Source of the DNA: Steroidobacteraceae bacterium
GTDB lineage: Bacteria > Pseudomonadota > Gammaproteobacteria > Steroidobacterales > Steroidobacteraceae
Reading direction: 5' to 3'
DNA: 39,864 bases
NCBI GenBank assembly: GCA_035514045.1
Contig: DATKBK010000129.1
Coordinates: 1 to 39,864 of the forward strand
A program made the translations under genes and the position numbers. Positions within the stretch are counted from its first letter, which is position 1. Each line of letters begins with the position of its first letter. This document shows positions 8,287 to 20,908 of this stretch, piece after piece. The notes beneath the pieces were generated by a model. That model did not search any database, was not told the DNA's origin, and was given only the letters and a program-made list of their open reading frames with translations.

Positions 8287-8679
8287 CTACAGCTTGATGC
8301 GCCCGCCGCCGGGAATGCCGCCGCCCATACCGGCGCCGCCCACGTCCGGCACCACGATGCGCGACTGCGCCTCGCGGCGATACTCACGGGCCTCTTCGAT
8401 GGCCTGATTGAGGGCTTCCTGCACCGCCTGCGGAAATTTGGCGATTGCCTCTTCGAGGCTGGCGGCCTCGATCTCGAATCCCAGCGGCAGCACGCCGCCC
8501 GGGGTCAGCAACTGCGTCTGGCCGCTGAACAGCAGCGGTCGCGCGGGGTCGGGTTCGCCACTGGCCAGCACCGGTCGCAGGCGGCGGATGCTGCCGGCGG
8601 CGCGATCGGTGTAGACGTCCTCCTGATAGAGGTTGGCCACGTCGAACTGGATATCAGGCATCTGGGGATCGGTGCTCAT
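8287..8679 (-). CDS. Conserved hypothetical cytoplasmic protein with a glycine-rich C-terminal tail
   Basis: Start chosen at ATG 8679 ([12 protein letters not shown]...), which forms an ATGA overlap with the mutT stop at 8676-8678. No signal peptide or TM segment. The C-terminus is VVPDVGGAGMGGGIPGGGRIKL. I do not recognise the family. Confidence 0.55.
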   Translation of the reverse strand: MSTDPQMPDIQFDVANLYQEDVYTDRAAGSIRRLRPVLASGEPDPARPLLFSGQTQLLTPGGVLPLGFEIEAASLEEAIAKFPQAVQEALNQAIEEAREYRREAQSRIVVPDVGGAGMGGGIPGGGRIKL

Positions 8680-9079
8680 GGGGGTAGTGTAACCGCCAGC
8701 AGCGCCTGCCGCAGGGGCCCGATCATGGGCAGATCGGCTTCGAGCAGGCCGCAATCGTTAAGCTCGGCGGGCGCCGTCCAGCGCAGCGCCTGGCCGTCCA
8801 GGCCAGCCGGCTCGCCATCGAAGGCGGTGACCAGCCACAGCAGGATCTGCACGCTGCGTTCGGGATAGTCATGCGCGAACGTGCCCAGCGGAATGAGCGT
8901 GCGCGCCGTGACGCCCAGCTCCTCGCGCAGCTCGCGCACCAGCGCGGCCTCGCCGGTTTCATCCGGCTCGATCTTGCCCCCGGGGAACTCCCAGCACCCA
9001 GCCCGCCATTTGCCTGGCGGGCGCTGCGCAATCAGCAGCTCAGGCCCCGCCGCTCCACTGCGCGCCAGCGCGGCCGCTA

Positions 9080-9104
<25 letters not shown>
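8676..9104 (-). CDS. mutT: Nudix hydrolase, MutT-like 8-oxo-dGTP diphosphatase
   Basis: Nudix box [30 protein letters not shown], about 140 aa, located immediately downstream of secA as in E. coli. The longest-ORF start overlaps the secA 3' end by 25 nt, so the start is uncertain. Confidence 0.8.
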
Positions 9105-11854
<2,750 letters not shown>

Positions 11855-11986
11855 TGGCCCTTGGAACCTCTTGAGGGATAGGCGGCAACCGCAAGCAACA
11901 TGATGCCGTCAGGTAGGGTTTCAACCCCGCGCGCGGCCAATCGCGCATTTTACGACAGTTGCGCCGCCAGGCGGGGCGGTCTTGTT

Positions 11987-12871
11987 CTAGGGGTTGATGA
12001 ACTTCAGGGGGTTCACGTGCCGGCCGTCCTGCAGCACTTCGAAGTGCACATGCGGACCGGTGGAACGGCCGGTTGAGCCCATCAGCGCAATCGGCTGGCC
12101 GCGGCTCACCCGATCGCCGGCCGCCACCAGCGCGCTCTGGTTGTGCGCGTAGCGGGTGACGTACTGGCCATGCGTGATCTCTACCAGGTTGCCATAGCCG
12201 GCAACCTTCGCGACGCGGGTGACCACGCCTTCGGCCACCGCCAGCACCTCGGAGCCCGCGGCACCAGCGAAGTCGATGCCACGGTGCTGGGCAGCATGAC
12301 CCTCGAAAGGATCCGGACGCGAACCGAAGGAAGATGAAATGTAGCCGGCAGCGACTGGTCGACCCTCGGGTCGGACAGCGGCATGCAGGCTGCGCGACAG
12401 GATCACGTTCTCGAGCGCCAGCAGCTGGGAATCACGCTGTTCAAGCCGCCGCTCCATGTCGTCGAGCAGGCGGGTGAGATCGGGAATGTGGGCAGTGCCC
12501 GGGCGCGCGCCAGCACCCTCGTCGGGACCGCCGAGCGCTGGCTGGGCATCGAAATTGAACTCGCCGCTGGTGATCTTGGCCATCTCGGTCAGGCGCTTGC
12601 CCAGCGCATCGAGCCGGATGACATGGGCCGACAGCTCACCCATGCGGGTGGACATGGCGTCGACCCGATCCTGAACCTGCTGCCGCAGCAGTCCCAGCTC
12701 AGCCAGCTGTGGCCGGGTCTCCAGGCCAGCGGACCCAAAGCGCATGCCCAGCGCAAAACTGCCGCCCAGGACTCCCAAAGTAATGACCCCCGCCACCGCC
12801 ATGACAGCCGGATGCGTGAGGCGCAGGTGATGAGCCTCGCCCCGCCTGCGGGAGAAAAAGATCAGGTTCAT
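11987..12871 (-). CDS. M23 family metallopeptidase (murein endopeptidase-like) with an N-terminal TM segment and coiled-coil region
   Basis: HRGIDFAG (HxxxD) and GPHVHFEV (HxH) M23 zinc motifs at the C-terminus, and the N-terminal hydrophobic segment AVMAVAGVITLGVLGG. Confidence 0.85.
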   Translation of the reverse strand: MNLIFFSRRRGEAHHLRLTHPAVMAVAGVITLGVLGGSFALGMRFGSAGLETRPQLAELGLLRQQVQDRVDAMSTRMGELSAHVIRLDALGKRLTEMAKITSGEFNFDAQPALGGPDEGAGARPGTAHIPDLTRLLDDMERRLEQRDSQLLALENVILSRSLHAAVRPEGRPVAAGYISSSFGSRPDPFEGHAAQHRGIDFAGAAGSEVLAVAEGVVTRVAKVAGYGNLVEITHGQYVTRYAHNQSALVAAGDRVSRGQPIALMGSTGRSTGPHVHFEVLQDGRHVNPLKFINP

Positions 12872-12903
12872 TTAGGCTTGGGGTCCGGACACTTGCAAAC
12901 AAT

Positions 12904-13266
12904 ATGCCCAAGAAGCCTCGCCGAGACAACCCGGTACGACGGGAATTGCGGACAGTTCACACTGCCGGCGCGGGCGCGGCGGCCCTGTTGCAGCGCATGA
13001 CGCGGCGGGCGCAGGTGGTGTTGCCCGGGTCGCGGCAGGCGCAGGGCGAGCCCGTTTCCTGGCTGTCCCGCCTGCGCGAGCGGCTGCCGGAAGAGCAGCA
13101 GGCGCATGTCACCGAGGTGCTTGAGAAAGCCGGGGAGCTGGTGCTGTTCGCCGATTCGGCCGCCTGGGCCGGGCGTATCCGGCTGTCGCTGCCGGCGCTG
13201 GCCGAGGTGTCTGCCGGACGGCGGATTACGGTGCGGCTGATGCCGCAGCGTCGCGAACGGCCATGA
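12904..13266 (+). CDS. DUF721 / DciA-like protein (putative replicative-helicase operator)
   Basis: GELVLFADSAAWAGRIRLSLPAL resembles the DUF721 core (...L.v.v.ssawa..Lr...). It sits between lpxC and secA, where I recall a DUF721 gene in Pseudomonas. The start is uncertain (ATG 12904 or 12997) and there is no clear RBS. Confidence 0.5.
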   Translation: MPKKPRRDNPVRRELRTVHTAGAGAAALLQRMTRRAQVVLPGSRQAQGEPVSWLSRLRERLPEEQQAHVTEVLEKAGELVLFADSAAWAGRIRLSLPALAEVSAGRRITVRLMPQRRERP

Positions 13267-13293
13267 TTAACGGGGTATTGTATCACTGAGGGA

Positions 13294-14238
13294 TCAATAG
13301 GACTCCTCGTCGTACTCCTCCTGTTCATAGGCCTCGGCCCCAAGCTGCGCGTAGGCAATGGGCGCCTCGGCGGAAGAAGCGAAGCTCACCAGCTCCCAGG
13401 CGTCGGCACGCGCCAGCAGTTCGCGCAGCAGCCGGTTGTTGAGGCCGTGGCCTGACTTGTAACCACTGAACGCGCCGATGATGCCGTGGCCCAGCAGATA
13501 GAGGTCGCCGATGGCATCGAGGATCTTGTGCTTCACGAACTCATCGCGGTAGCGCAGGCCCTCCTCGTTCATGATGCCGGCGTCATCGAGCACGATGGCA
13601 TTGTCGAGGGTGCCGCCCAGGGCCAGGTTGTGGCGCCGCAGCGCCTCGATATCGCGCATGAACCCGAAGGTGCGCGCGCGGGCCACCTCTTTCAGATAGG
13701 TGACTGAAGAAAAATCCATCGTGGCCACGGTCTGGCCGCTGCGCAGCAGGGGGTGGTCGAAGTCGATCTCGAAATTGACGCGGAAGCCCTCGTGCGGATC
13801 AAAGCGCGCCCACTTGTCGCCATCGCGCACCTCCACGCTGTGCAGGATGCGCATGAAACGCTTCGGACGGTCCTGCTCGACGAAGCCGGCCGACTGCAGC
13901 AGGAACACGAACGGCGCGGCGCTGCCATCCATGATGGGCACCTCGGCGGCGCTGACTTCGACGATGGCATTGTCCACGCCCAGCCCGGCAAAGGCGGACA
14001 TCAGATGCTCGATGGTGGAGACGCGCGCACCCTCGACCGCCAGTACCGTGCCGAGCCGCGTCTCGCCCACCAGGGCGGCACGCGCGGGAATATCTATCGG
14101 CGGATCAAGGTCGCCGCGCCGGAACACGATGCCCGTGTCCGGTGGCGCCGGTTGCAGCGTCATGGAGATGCGTGCACCGCTGTGCAACCCCACGCCCGAG
14201 GCGCCGATAGGGGTCTTCAGCGTGCGTTGCGCGAACAT
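13294..14238 (-). CDS. lpxC: UDP-3-O-acyl-N-acetylglucosamine deacetylase LpxC
   Basis: [22 protein letters not shown]-terminus, the [14 protein letters not shown] and SGHGLNN motifs, and a position downstream of ftsZ. Confidence 0.95.
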   Translation of the reverse strand: MFAQRTLKTPIGASGVGLHSGARISMTLQPAPPDTGIVFRRGDLDPPIDIPARAALVGETRLGTVLAVEGARVSTIEHLMSAFAGLGVDNAIVEVSAAEVPIMDGSAAPFVFLLQSAGFVEQDRPKRFMRILHSVEVRDGDKWARFDPHEGFRVNFEIDFDHPLLRSGQTVATMDFSSVTYLKEVARARTFGFMRDIEALRRHNLALGGTLDNAIVLDDAGIMNEEGLRYRDEFVKHKILDAIGDLYLLGHGIIGAFSGYKSGHGLNNRLLRELLARADAWELVSFASSAEAPIAYAQLGAEAYEQEEYDEESY

Positions 14239-14256
14239 GTCGAACCGGTGGGAACC

Positions 14257-14284
14257 ACGGTAGCCGGTGAGGGACGGCTACCGT
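14257..14284 (-). other. Perfect 9-bp inverted repeat (ACGGTAGCC-10 nt-GGCTACCGT) in the ftsZ-lpxC spacer
   Basis: Read directly. It occupies about half of the 60-nt intergenic region, and no U-tract follows on the transcribed (minus) strand. Confidence 0.35.
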
Positions 14285-14298
14285 AGCACACCGCCCGC

Positions 14299-15537
14299 TC
14301 AGTCCGCCTGACGGCGCAGGAAGGCCGGAATATCCAGCAGCTGCTCGCCGACCGGCGCCGCACTCACACCATCACCCACGGCACGGGCGAAGCGCTGCAC
14401 GGCGGGCTTCTCGAAGCCGGTGTAGTCGGCCGCTGGAACGGGCGCCAACGCCGGACCCGCCTGACGGCGCTGCGGCATCCGCGCGGCACCACCGCCACTG
14501 TCACGCGACTGCATCTGTTCGCGCTGCTGCGGCTCGCGGTACGGCGTGGCGAATCCTTCATTGCGGTTGCGATGCTGGGCCGAGCGGTTGAGGCCGGTGG
14601 CCACCACCGTCACCCGCAGCTCATCCGACATCTCCGGATCGATCACGGTGCCCACCACCACGGTGGCATCGTCGGAGGCGAACTGCTTGACGATGCTGCC
14701 CACTTCCTGGAACTCGCCGATCGACAGGTCCATGCCGGCCGTGACATTCACCAGGATGCCATGCGCATCGGCCAGGTCCACATGCTCCAGCAGCGGCGAG
14801 GACACCGCGGCCTCAGCGGCGGCGCGCGCGCGCTCGGCGCCACGGCCACTGCCGCTGCCCATCATCGCCATGCCGGTCTCGCTCATCACGGTGCGCACGT
14901 CGGCGAAGTCCACGTTGATCAGGCCCGGACGGGTGATCAGCTCGGCGATGCCCTGCACCGCACCCTGCAGCACCTGGTTGGCAGAGCGAAAGGCATCGAG
15001 CAGCGTGGTCGTACCGCCCAGCACCGTCAGCAGCTTCTGGTTCGGGATGGTGATCAGCGAGTCGACGTACTTCGACAGCTCGCAGATGCCGGTGTCGGCA
15101 GCGCGGTGACGCTTGCCGCCTTCCATGTCGAACGGGCGCGTGACCACCGCCACCGTCAGGATGCCCAGCTCCTTGGCCAGCTGCGCCACTACCGGCGCCG
15201 CGCCGGTGCCGGTGCCGCCACCCATGCCGGCGGTGATGAACAGCATGTCGGCACCGTGGATCAGCTCGATCAGCCGCTCCCGGTCTTCCAGTGCGGCCGC
15301 GCGGCCGACTTCGGGGTTGGCGCCAGCGCCCAGGCCCTTGGTGATGTCGCTGCCGATCTGCAGCGAGGTCTTGATCTTCGAGTGCTTGAGCGCCTGCGCA
15401 TCGGTGTTGATGCACATGAACTCCACGCCCTCGATCCCGGAAGCCACCATGTGGGCCACGGCGTTACCGCCGCCGCCACCCACGCCGATGACCTTGATTA
15501 CAGCATTCTGGCTGTAGGCATCCATTACTTCAAACAT
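14299..15537 (-). CDS. ftsZ: Cell division GTPase FtsZ
   Basis: [10 protein letters not shown], the tubulin signature [11 protein letters not shown], and the C-terminal peptide [11 protein letters not shown]. Confidence 0.97.
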   Translation of the reverse strand: MFEVMDAYSQNAVIKVIGVGGGGGNAVAHMVASGIEGVEFMCINTDAQALKHSKIKTSLQIGSDITKGLGAGANPEVGRAAALEDRERLIELIHGADMLFITAGMGGGTGTGAAPVVAQLAKELGILTVAVVTRPFDMEGGKRHRAADTGICELSKYVDSLITIPNQKLLTVLGGTTTLLDAFRSANQVLQGAVQGIAELITRPGLINVDFADVRTVMSETGMAMMGSGSGRGAERARAAAEAAVSSPLLEHVDLADAHGILVNVTAGMDLSIGEFQEVGSIVKQFASDDATVVVGTVIDPEMSDELRVTVVATGLNRSAQHRNRNEGFATPYREPQQREQMQSRDSGGGAARMPQRRQAGPALAPVPAADYTGFEKPAVQRFARAVGDGVSAAPVGEQLLDIPAFLRRQAD

Positions 15538-15573
15538 GGCTGTCTTTGCTCCTCACTATGAACAACGGGTGAA

Positions 15574-16812
15574 TCAGAAATTGCCCTTGAACCACGATTT
15601 CATGCGCTCCAACATTCCCTGCATGTCCCCCGGCAGTACGCGCACCTTGCCCTGCCCCTGCGCGTTCTCCCGCGCATGCAGCAACAGCCCCACGGCGGTT
15701 GAATAGATCGGGTTGCTGACCACTTCGGCCAGTCCCTTCACCTGGTGCTGCGGCAGGCCCAGCCGCACCGGCATATGGAAAATTTCCTCGGCCAGGTCGA
15801 TGGCCCCTTCCATGCGCGCACTGCCACCGGTAAGCACCACGCCGGCGGCGATGGTTTCCTCGAAGCCGCTGCGGCGCAGTTCGTCGCGCACCAGGCCGAA
15901 CAGTTCCTCGTAGCGCGGCTCCACCACTTCGGCCAGCGTCTGGCGCGCCAGCCGTCGGGCCGGGCGATCGCCCACGCTCGGCACCTCGATGCTCTCGTCG
16001 CTGTTCGCCAGCTGCGACAGCGCGCAGGCGTAGCGCACCTTGATGTCCTCGGCGTAGTGCGTGGGCGTACGCATCGACACGGCGATATCGTTGGTCACCT
16101 GGTCGCCGGCGATGGGGATCACCGCGGTGTGCTGGATGGCACCGTCGGAGAACACCGCGATGTCGGTGGTGCCGCCGCCAATGTCGACCAGGCACACGCC
16201 CAGCTCCTTCTCGTCCTCGGTGAGCACGGCGTGACTGGAGGCCAGCTGCTCGAGCACCACGTCCTCGACGGTGAGGCCGCAGCGCTGCACGCACTTGATG
16301 ATGTTCTGCGCGGCGCTGTCGGCGCCGGTGACGATATGCACCTTGGCTTCCAGGCGCACGCCGGACATGCCGATCGGATCGCGGATGCCCTCCTGGCCAT
16401 CGATGATGTATTCCTGCGGCAGCACGTGCAGGATCCGCTGGTCGGCCGGAATGGCCACCGCCTTGGCCGCGTCGATCACGTGCTGCACGTCCACTTCGGT
16501 CACCTCGCGGTCGCGGATGCCGACGATCCCATGCGAATTGAGGCTGCGCACGTGGCTGCCCGCGATGCCGGCGTACACGGCGTGGATCTCGCAGCCGGCC
16601 ATCAGCTCCGCCTCCTCCACCGCGCGCTGGATCGACTGCACGGTCGACTCGATGTTCACCACCACGCCCTTCTTCAGGCCGCGTGATGGATGCGAGCCCA
16701 GGCCCACCACCTCGATGCTGCCGTCGGCGCCGATCTCGCCCACCAGGGCCACGACTTTCGAGGTGCCGATGTCCAGGCCGACGATCAGCGGCCGGTCACT
16801 GCGCTTAGCCAC
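15574..16812 (-). CDS. ftsA: Cell division protein FtsA
   Basis: Actin-like fold motifs LDIGTSKV and DIGGGTTD. Start chosen at GTG 16812, preceded by GGAGGAG 6 nt upstream; the ORF-track start at 16884 lies inside ftsQ. Confidence 0.95.
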   Translation of the reverse strand: MAKRSDRPLIVGLDIGTSKVVALVGEIGADGSIEVVGLGSHPSRGLKKGVVVNIESTVQSIQRAVEEAELMAGCEIHAVYAGIAGSHVRSLNSHGIVGIRDREVTEVDVQHVIDAAKAVAIPADQRILHVLPQEYIIDGQEGIRDPIGMSGVRLEAKVHIVTGADSAAQNIIKCVQRCGLTVEDVVLEQLASSHAVLTEDEKELGVCLVDIGGGTTDIAVFSDGAIQHTAVIPIAGDQVTNDIAVSMRTPTHYAEDIKVRYACALSQLANSDESIEVPSVGDRPARRLARQTLAEVVEPRYEELFGLVRDELRRSGFEETIAAGVVLTGGSARMEGAIDLAEEIFHMPVRLGLPQHQVKGLAEVVSNPIYSTAVGLLLHARENAQGQGKVRVLPGDMQGMLERMKSWFKGNF

Positions 16813-17590
16813 GTCTTGCTCCTCCCGCACCCGCCCGCCAGCCGACCGCAAAACCGTTGGCGTAGCGCAGATCCACATAGGCAATTTCGACCGCCCGCGC
16901 GGCCACGATGCGCGCCGCTGCGCGCATGAAGCGCTCGAAGCGCTCGTCGATGTGCTCGCGTCCCAGCCGCAGCGTCACGCCGTTGTCGAGGGTCAGCTCC
17001 CAGGCGCCACGTGCGTCCAGCGTCAGGCGCGTCAGGCGCATGCCGGCCTCGGTGAGGCGCGGCGCGGCGGCCAGATAGCGTTCAGTCATCAGTCCCTGCT
17101 GGCCATCCGGACCCACCAGCTCCGCAAGCTCAGGCGGCACGTGGCGCGAGTCGTGCACGAACACCTCGCCGCGCAGGTTGACCAGTCCGCCCTCGCCCCA
17201 GCGCGCCACCGGCGCCTGCTCCACCACCTGCACCGTGAGCGCGCGCGGCCAGCTGCGCGCAACGCTGGCGCGGTCCACCCAGGGAATCTGCTCCACGGCG
17301 TGCGCAATCTGTGCCAGATCGACACTCACCATGCCTTCATCTGCTACCGCGGCACGCACGGCCTTCTCCACCTCGAGCGGCTGCACGCGCTGGAAGCGAC
17401 CGGAAATCGCCACGCGCTCCACCGGCTTGTCCAGGGACAGTCGCAGCAGGAACAAGGCGCCGGCCAGCGTCAAAACCACCGCCGCCGCGGGCGCCAGGCG
17501 GCGCATGGTCTGCAGCCTGTTGCGCAACCACGGCCGCGACTGCTCGCGGCGGCGATTGCGGGTGGCGGTCTTGCCGCGGCGCAGGCTCAT
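16805..17590 (-). CDS. ftsQ: Cell division protein FtsQ
   Basis: Basic N-terminus, a single TM segment (AAAVVLTLAGALFLL), a POTRA-like region, and a position between ddl and ftsA. Confidence 0.9.
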   Translation of the reverse strand: MSLRRGKTATRNRRREQSRPWLRNRLQTMRRLAPAAAVVLTLAGALFLLRLSLDKPVERVAISGRFQRVQPLEVEKAVRAAVADEGMVSVDLAQIAHAVEQIPWVDRASVARSWPRALTVQVVEQAPVARWGEGGLVNLRGEVFVHDSRHVPPELAELVGPDGQQGLMTERYLAAAPRLTEAGMRLTRLTLDARGAWELTLDNGVTLRLGREHIDERFERFMRAAARIVAARAVEIAYVDLRYANGFAVGWRAGAGGARRG

Positions 17591-18564
17591 GTGCGCGCTC
17601 CCTGCAACTCACGCACGAAGCTGGTTTCCAGCACCTGCCAGCACAGTTCATCAAAGTCGATGCCGGCAGCATGGGCGGCCATGGGCACCAGGCTGTGATC
17701 GGTCATGCCGGGCACGGTGTTCAATTCCAGCAGCAGCGGGCGGCCGGCATGGTCGGCCATGAAGTCCACCCGGCCCCAGCCTTCGGCGCCCACCGCATCG
17801 AATGCTGCCAGCGCCAGGCTTGCCATGTGCGCCTCGGCCTGCGCCGACAGGCCCGCCGGGCAGTGGTACCTGGTGTCGTTGCGCAGGTACTTGGCCTCGT
17901 AGTCATAGAATGCATTGGCGGTCTCGATGCGGATCGCCGGCAGCACGCGCCGGTGCAGCACCGCCACCGTGTACTCGGCGCCCTCGAGCCACTTCTCGGC
18001 GAACACCACGTCATCGACGGCGGCGGCGGCGTCGAACGCCGGCTGCATCTGCGCGGCGGTGGTCACCTTGCTCATGCCCACACTGGAACCTTGGCTGGCC
18101 GGCTTCACGATCAGCGGCAGGCCGAGCCGTTCGAGCGCGGGGCCGCAGTCGGCCGCGGTGCGCAGCACCACTGATTCGGCACTCATCACGCCCACCGCCG
18201 CGGCCAGCCGCTTGGTGCGCAATTTGTCCATTGCCAGCGCCGAACCCATCACACCGCTGCCGGTGTAGGGCAGGCCAAGCACCTCAAGCGCGCCCTGCGT
18301 GCTGCCATCCTCACCGCCGGGACCGTGCAGCACGATGCAGGCGCGCGCGAAGCCGCGTGCTGGCAGTTCGTGCAGGGGCTCGTCGGGCGGATCGACCCCG
18401 ATGGCGTCGACGCCGCGCCGCTGCAGTGCTGCCAGCACCGCGCGGCCGGAGATCAGCGAGATTTCCCGCTCGGCGGAGTTGCCGCCAAAAAGCACGGCGA
18501 CCTTGCCGAATTCCCTGGCATCGGTGATGCGGCGCAGCCGGGTGCGATCGTGCGACAGCTTCAT
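17587..18564 (-). CDS. ddl: D-alanine--D-alanine ligase
   Basis: KVAVLFGGNSAEREISLISG N-terminus and an ATP-grasp core. Start chosen at ATG 18564 (ATGA overlap with the murB stop). Confidence 0.93.
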   Translation of the reverse strand: MKLSHDRTRLRRITDAREFGKVAVLFGGNSAEREISLISGRAVLAALQRRGVDAIGVDPPDEPLHELPARGFARACIVLHGPGGEDGSTQGALEVLGLPYTGSGVMGSALAMDKLRTKRLAAAVGVMSAESVVLRTAADCGPALERLGLPLIVKPASQGSSVGMSKVTTAAQMQPAFDAAAAVDDVVFAEKWLEGAEYTVAVLHRRVLPAIRIETANAFYDYEAKYLRNDTRYHCPAGLSAQAEAHMASLALAAFDAVGAEGWGRVDFMADHAGRPLLLELNTVPGMTDHSLVPMAAHAAGIDFDELCWQVLETSFVRELQGART

Positions 18565-19454
18565 CGGGGTGCTTCCCCGACTATCCGGCACTCCGGAACC
18601 AGCCGGCGACCATGCTGCCGCTCGACTTCGCTCTGCACCTGGTCGATCAGCATTTCGATATCGCTGGCGCTGGCTGCGCCTTCATTGATGATGAAATTGG
18701 CGTGCCTGGCCGACACCACGGCCCCACCGATGCGATGACCCTTGAGGCCCGCCGCTTCGATGAGTCGCGCCGCGTGATCGCCGGGCGGGTTGGTGAACAC
18801 CGATCCGCAGCTCCACTCGCCGATGGGCTGCGTCTGGCGGCGCCGTTCCAGCAGCGCGCGGGTGTCCGGTTCGGAAGAAGCCCCCGCGAAGCTGAACTGC
18901 GCGGCGAGGAACCACTCTTCCACTGCCGGCGGCTCGATGTGGCGGTAACTGAATCGATACTCGGCGGCGGCGCGCTGGCGCACTTCACCGTGCCGGTCGA
19001 TGGTCTCGACGCCCTCCACCTGCGGCCAGGTCTCACCGCCGAAGGCGCCCGCATTCATCGCCAGCGCACCACCCACCGTGCCTGGAATGCCGGTGAAGAA
19101 CTCGGCCGGTCCCAGGTTCCAGCGCGCGCAGGCACGCGCCAGCTTCGCGCAGGGCACGCCGGCCTCGGCATGGACGCCGCGCTCGCCGCGACGCTCCAGT
19201 TGATTGAGCGCCTCGCGGGTGGCGATCACCACACCGCGCACACCGCCGTCGCGGACCAGCAGGTTGCTGCCCAGTCCCAGCCAAAGCAGCGGTACATCCG
19301 GAGGCAGCTGCTGCAGGAACGCGATCAGATCCGTGCGGCTTTCGGGCATGAAGAAGATGTCGGCCGGACCGCCGACATGCCACGACGTGTGGCGCGACAA
19401 CGGTTCGCCGCGACGGATGCGCGAGCCGAACTCTGGCGGCGGCGTGAAGCTCAT
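18561..19454 (-). CDS. murB: UDP-N-acetylenolpyruvoylglucosamine reductase MurB
   Basis: [17 protein letters not shown]-binding N-terminus and a [10 protein letters not shown] motif. ATGA overlap with the murC stop. Confidence 0.93.
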   Translation of the reverse strand: MSFTPPPEFGSRIRRGEPLSRHTSWHVGGPADIFFMPESRTDLIAFLQQLPPDVPLLWLGLGSNLLVRDGGVRGVVIATREALNQLERRGERGVHAEAGVPCAKLARACARWNLGPAEFFTGIPGTVGGALAMNAGAFGGETWPQVEGVETIDRHGEVRQRAAAEYRFSYRHIEPPAVEEWFLAAQFSFAGASSEPDTRALLERRRQTQPIGEWSCGSVFTNPPGDHAARLIEAAGLKGHRIGGAVVSARHANFIINEGAASASDIEMLIDQVQSEVERQHGRRLVPECRIVGEAPR

Positions 19455-20908
19455 CGCGTACCTTCCGCGCCGCGCAGCGCCGCCAGGCGCGGCGCCAGCT
19501 CATGCGCCGCCGCGCTGATGCTGCCGGCACCCATCATCGCGATGACATCGCCGGGACGGATGATGCCGGCCAGTGCCAATGCGATCTGCTCGACCTCGGG
19601 CACGAACACCGGCTCGACCATGCCGCGGCTGCGCACCGCGCGGCAGATGGCGCGGCCGTCCGCGCCCTCGATGGGCGCTTCACCAGCCGCATAGACTTCG
19701 GTGACCAGCAATGTGTGGGCACCGGCCAGCACGCGCGCGAAATCATCCATCAGGTCACGGGTGCGCGAAAACCGATGCGGCTGGAACACCAGCACGATGC
19801 GACGCTCGCCGTAGGCCTGGCGCAGCGCATCGAGCGTGGCGGCGATCTCGGTGGGGTGGTGGCCGTAATCGTCGACCACGGTGATATCCCCGCCGGCCAG
19901 CGGCAGCTCGCCAACCACCTGGAGGCGGCGATCGATGCCCTGGAAGCCGGACAGCCCGCGCTGGATGGCTGCGTCATCTACCCCCAGGTCGGTGGCCACG
20001 GCAATCGCCGCCAGCGAGTTGAGCACATTGTGCAGGCCAGGCAGGTTCACGGTGACTTCCAGCATCACCTGACCCTTGCGCTGCACGGTGAAGCTGGTGC
20101 GATGCGCCTCGCGCCGGATGTCCACCGCACGGATGTCGGCAGCCTCGCCAAACCCGTATGCCACGATGGGGCGGCCGACTTCGGGCATCAGCTTCGCCAG
20201 CTCCGGATCATCGGCGCACAGCACGGCCAGGCCGTGGAATGGCAGGTTGTGCAGGAATGCCAGAAAACTCTGGCGCAGCTTCTGGAAATCCCCGCCATGC
20301 GTGCCGAGGTGGTCATGGTCAATGTTGGTGACCACCGCCATCATCGGTTGCAGGTGCAGGAACGAGGCATCGCTCTCGTCGGCCTCGGCCACCAGGAAGC
20401 GGCCCGTGCCCAGCCGCGCGTTGCTGTCGGCGCTCTTGAGCCGGCCGCCGATCACGAAGGTGGGGTCCTCGCCGCCCTCGGCCAGCACGCTGGCCACCAG
20501 GCTGGTAGTGGTGGTCTTGCCATGGGTGCCGGCCACGGCAATGGAGAAGCGGAAGCGCATCAATTCGCCCAGCATCTCGGCGCGCGGCACCACCGGGATG
20601 CGCGCCTCCAGTGCGGCGGCCACTTCAGGGTTGTCGCGGTCGATGGCGGTGGAGACCACCACCACGTCGCTGCCCAGGATATGCGCTGCGTCATGGCCGG
20701 CGAATACGCGCGCCCCCAGCTGCACCAGCCGACGCGTGACTGCGTTGGGACGGATGTCCGAGCCCTGCACCGCGTAGCCCTGGTTGATCAGCACCTCGGC
20801 GATGCCGCCCATGCCGCTGCCACCGATGCCGACGAAATGCACGGTGTTGATGCGGCGCATGCTGTCGGAATAGCGACGGCGCTTGACGGCTGCGGCAGTC
20901 GTGTTCAT
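19451..20908 (-). CDS. murC: UDP-N-acetylmuramate--L-alanine ligase MurC
   Basis: [17 protein letters not shown] and [11 protein letters not shown] Mur ligase motifs. Start chosen at ATG 20908 (ATGA overlap with the murG stop). Confidence 0.95.
   Translation of the reverse strand: MNTTAAAVKRRRYSDSMRRINTVHFVGIGGSGMGGIAEVLINQGYAVQGSDIRPNAVTRRLVQLGARVFAGHDAAHILGSDVVVVSTAIDRDNPEVAAALEARIPVVPRAEMLGELMRFRFSIAVAGTHGKTTTTSLVASVLAEGGEDPTFVIGGRLKSADSNARLGTGRFLVAEADESDASFLHLQPMMAVVTNIDHDHLGTHGGDFQKLRQSFLAFLHNLPFHGLAVLCADDPELAKLMPEVGRPIVAYGFGEAADIRAVDIRREAHRTSFTVQRKGQVMLEVTVNLPGLHNVLNSLAAIAVATDLGVDDAAIQRGLSGFQGIDRRLQVVGELPLAGGDITVVDDYGHHPTEIAATLDALRQAYGERRIVLVFQPHRFSRTRDLMDDFARVLAGAHTLLVTEVYAAGEAPIEGADGRAICRAVRSRGMVEPVFVPEVEQIALALAGIIRPGDVIAMMGAGSISAAAHELAPRLAALRGAEGTR

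Noticed and set aside
11855-11986. The 132-nt leader upstream of secA, searched for a secM-like arrest peptide or other upstream ORF.
   Set aside because: The only ORFs starting here (11673-11948 and 11713-11940) run into secA in other frames, lack an RBS and have no arrest-motif-like sequence. Only short imperfect GC hairpins are visible.
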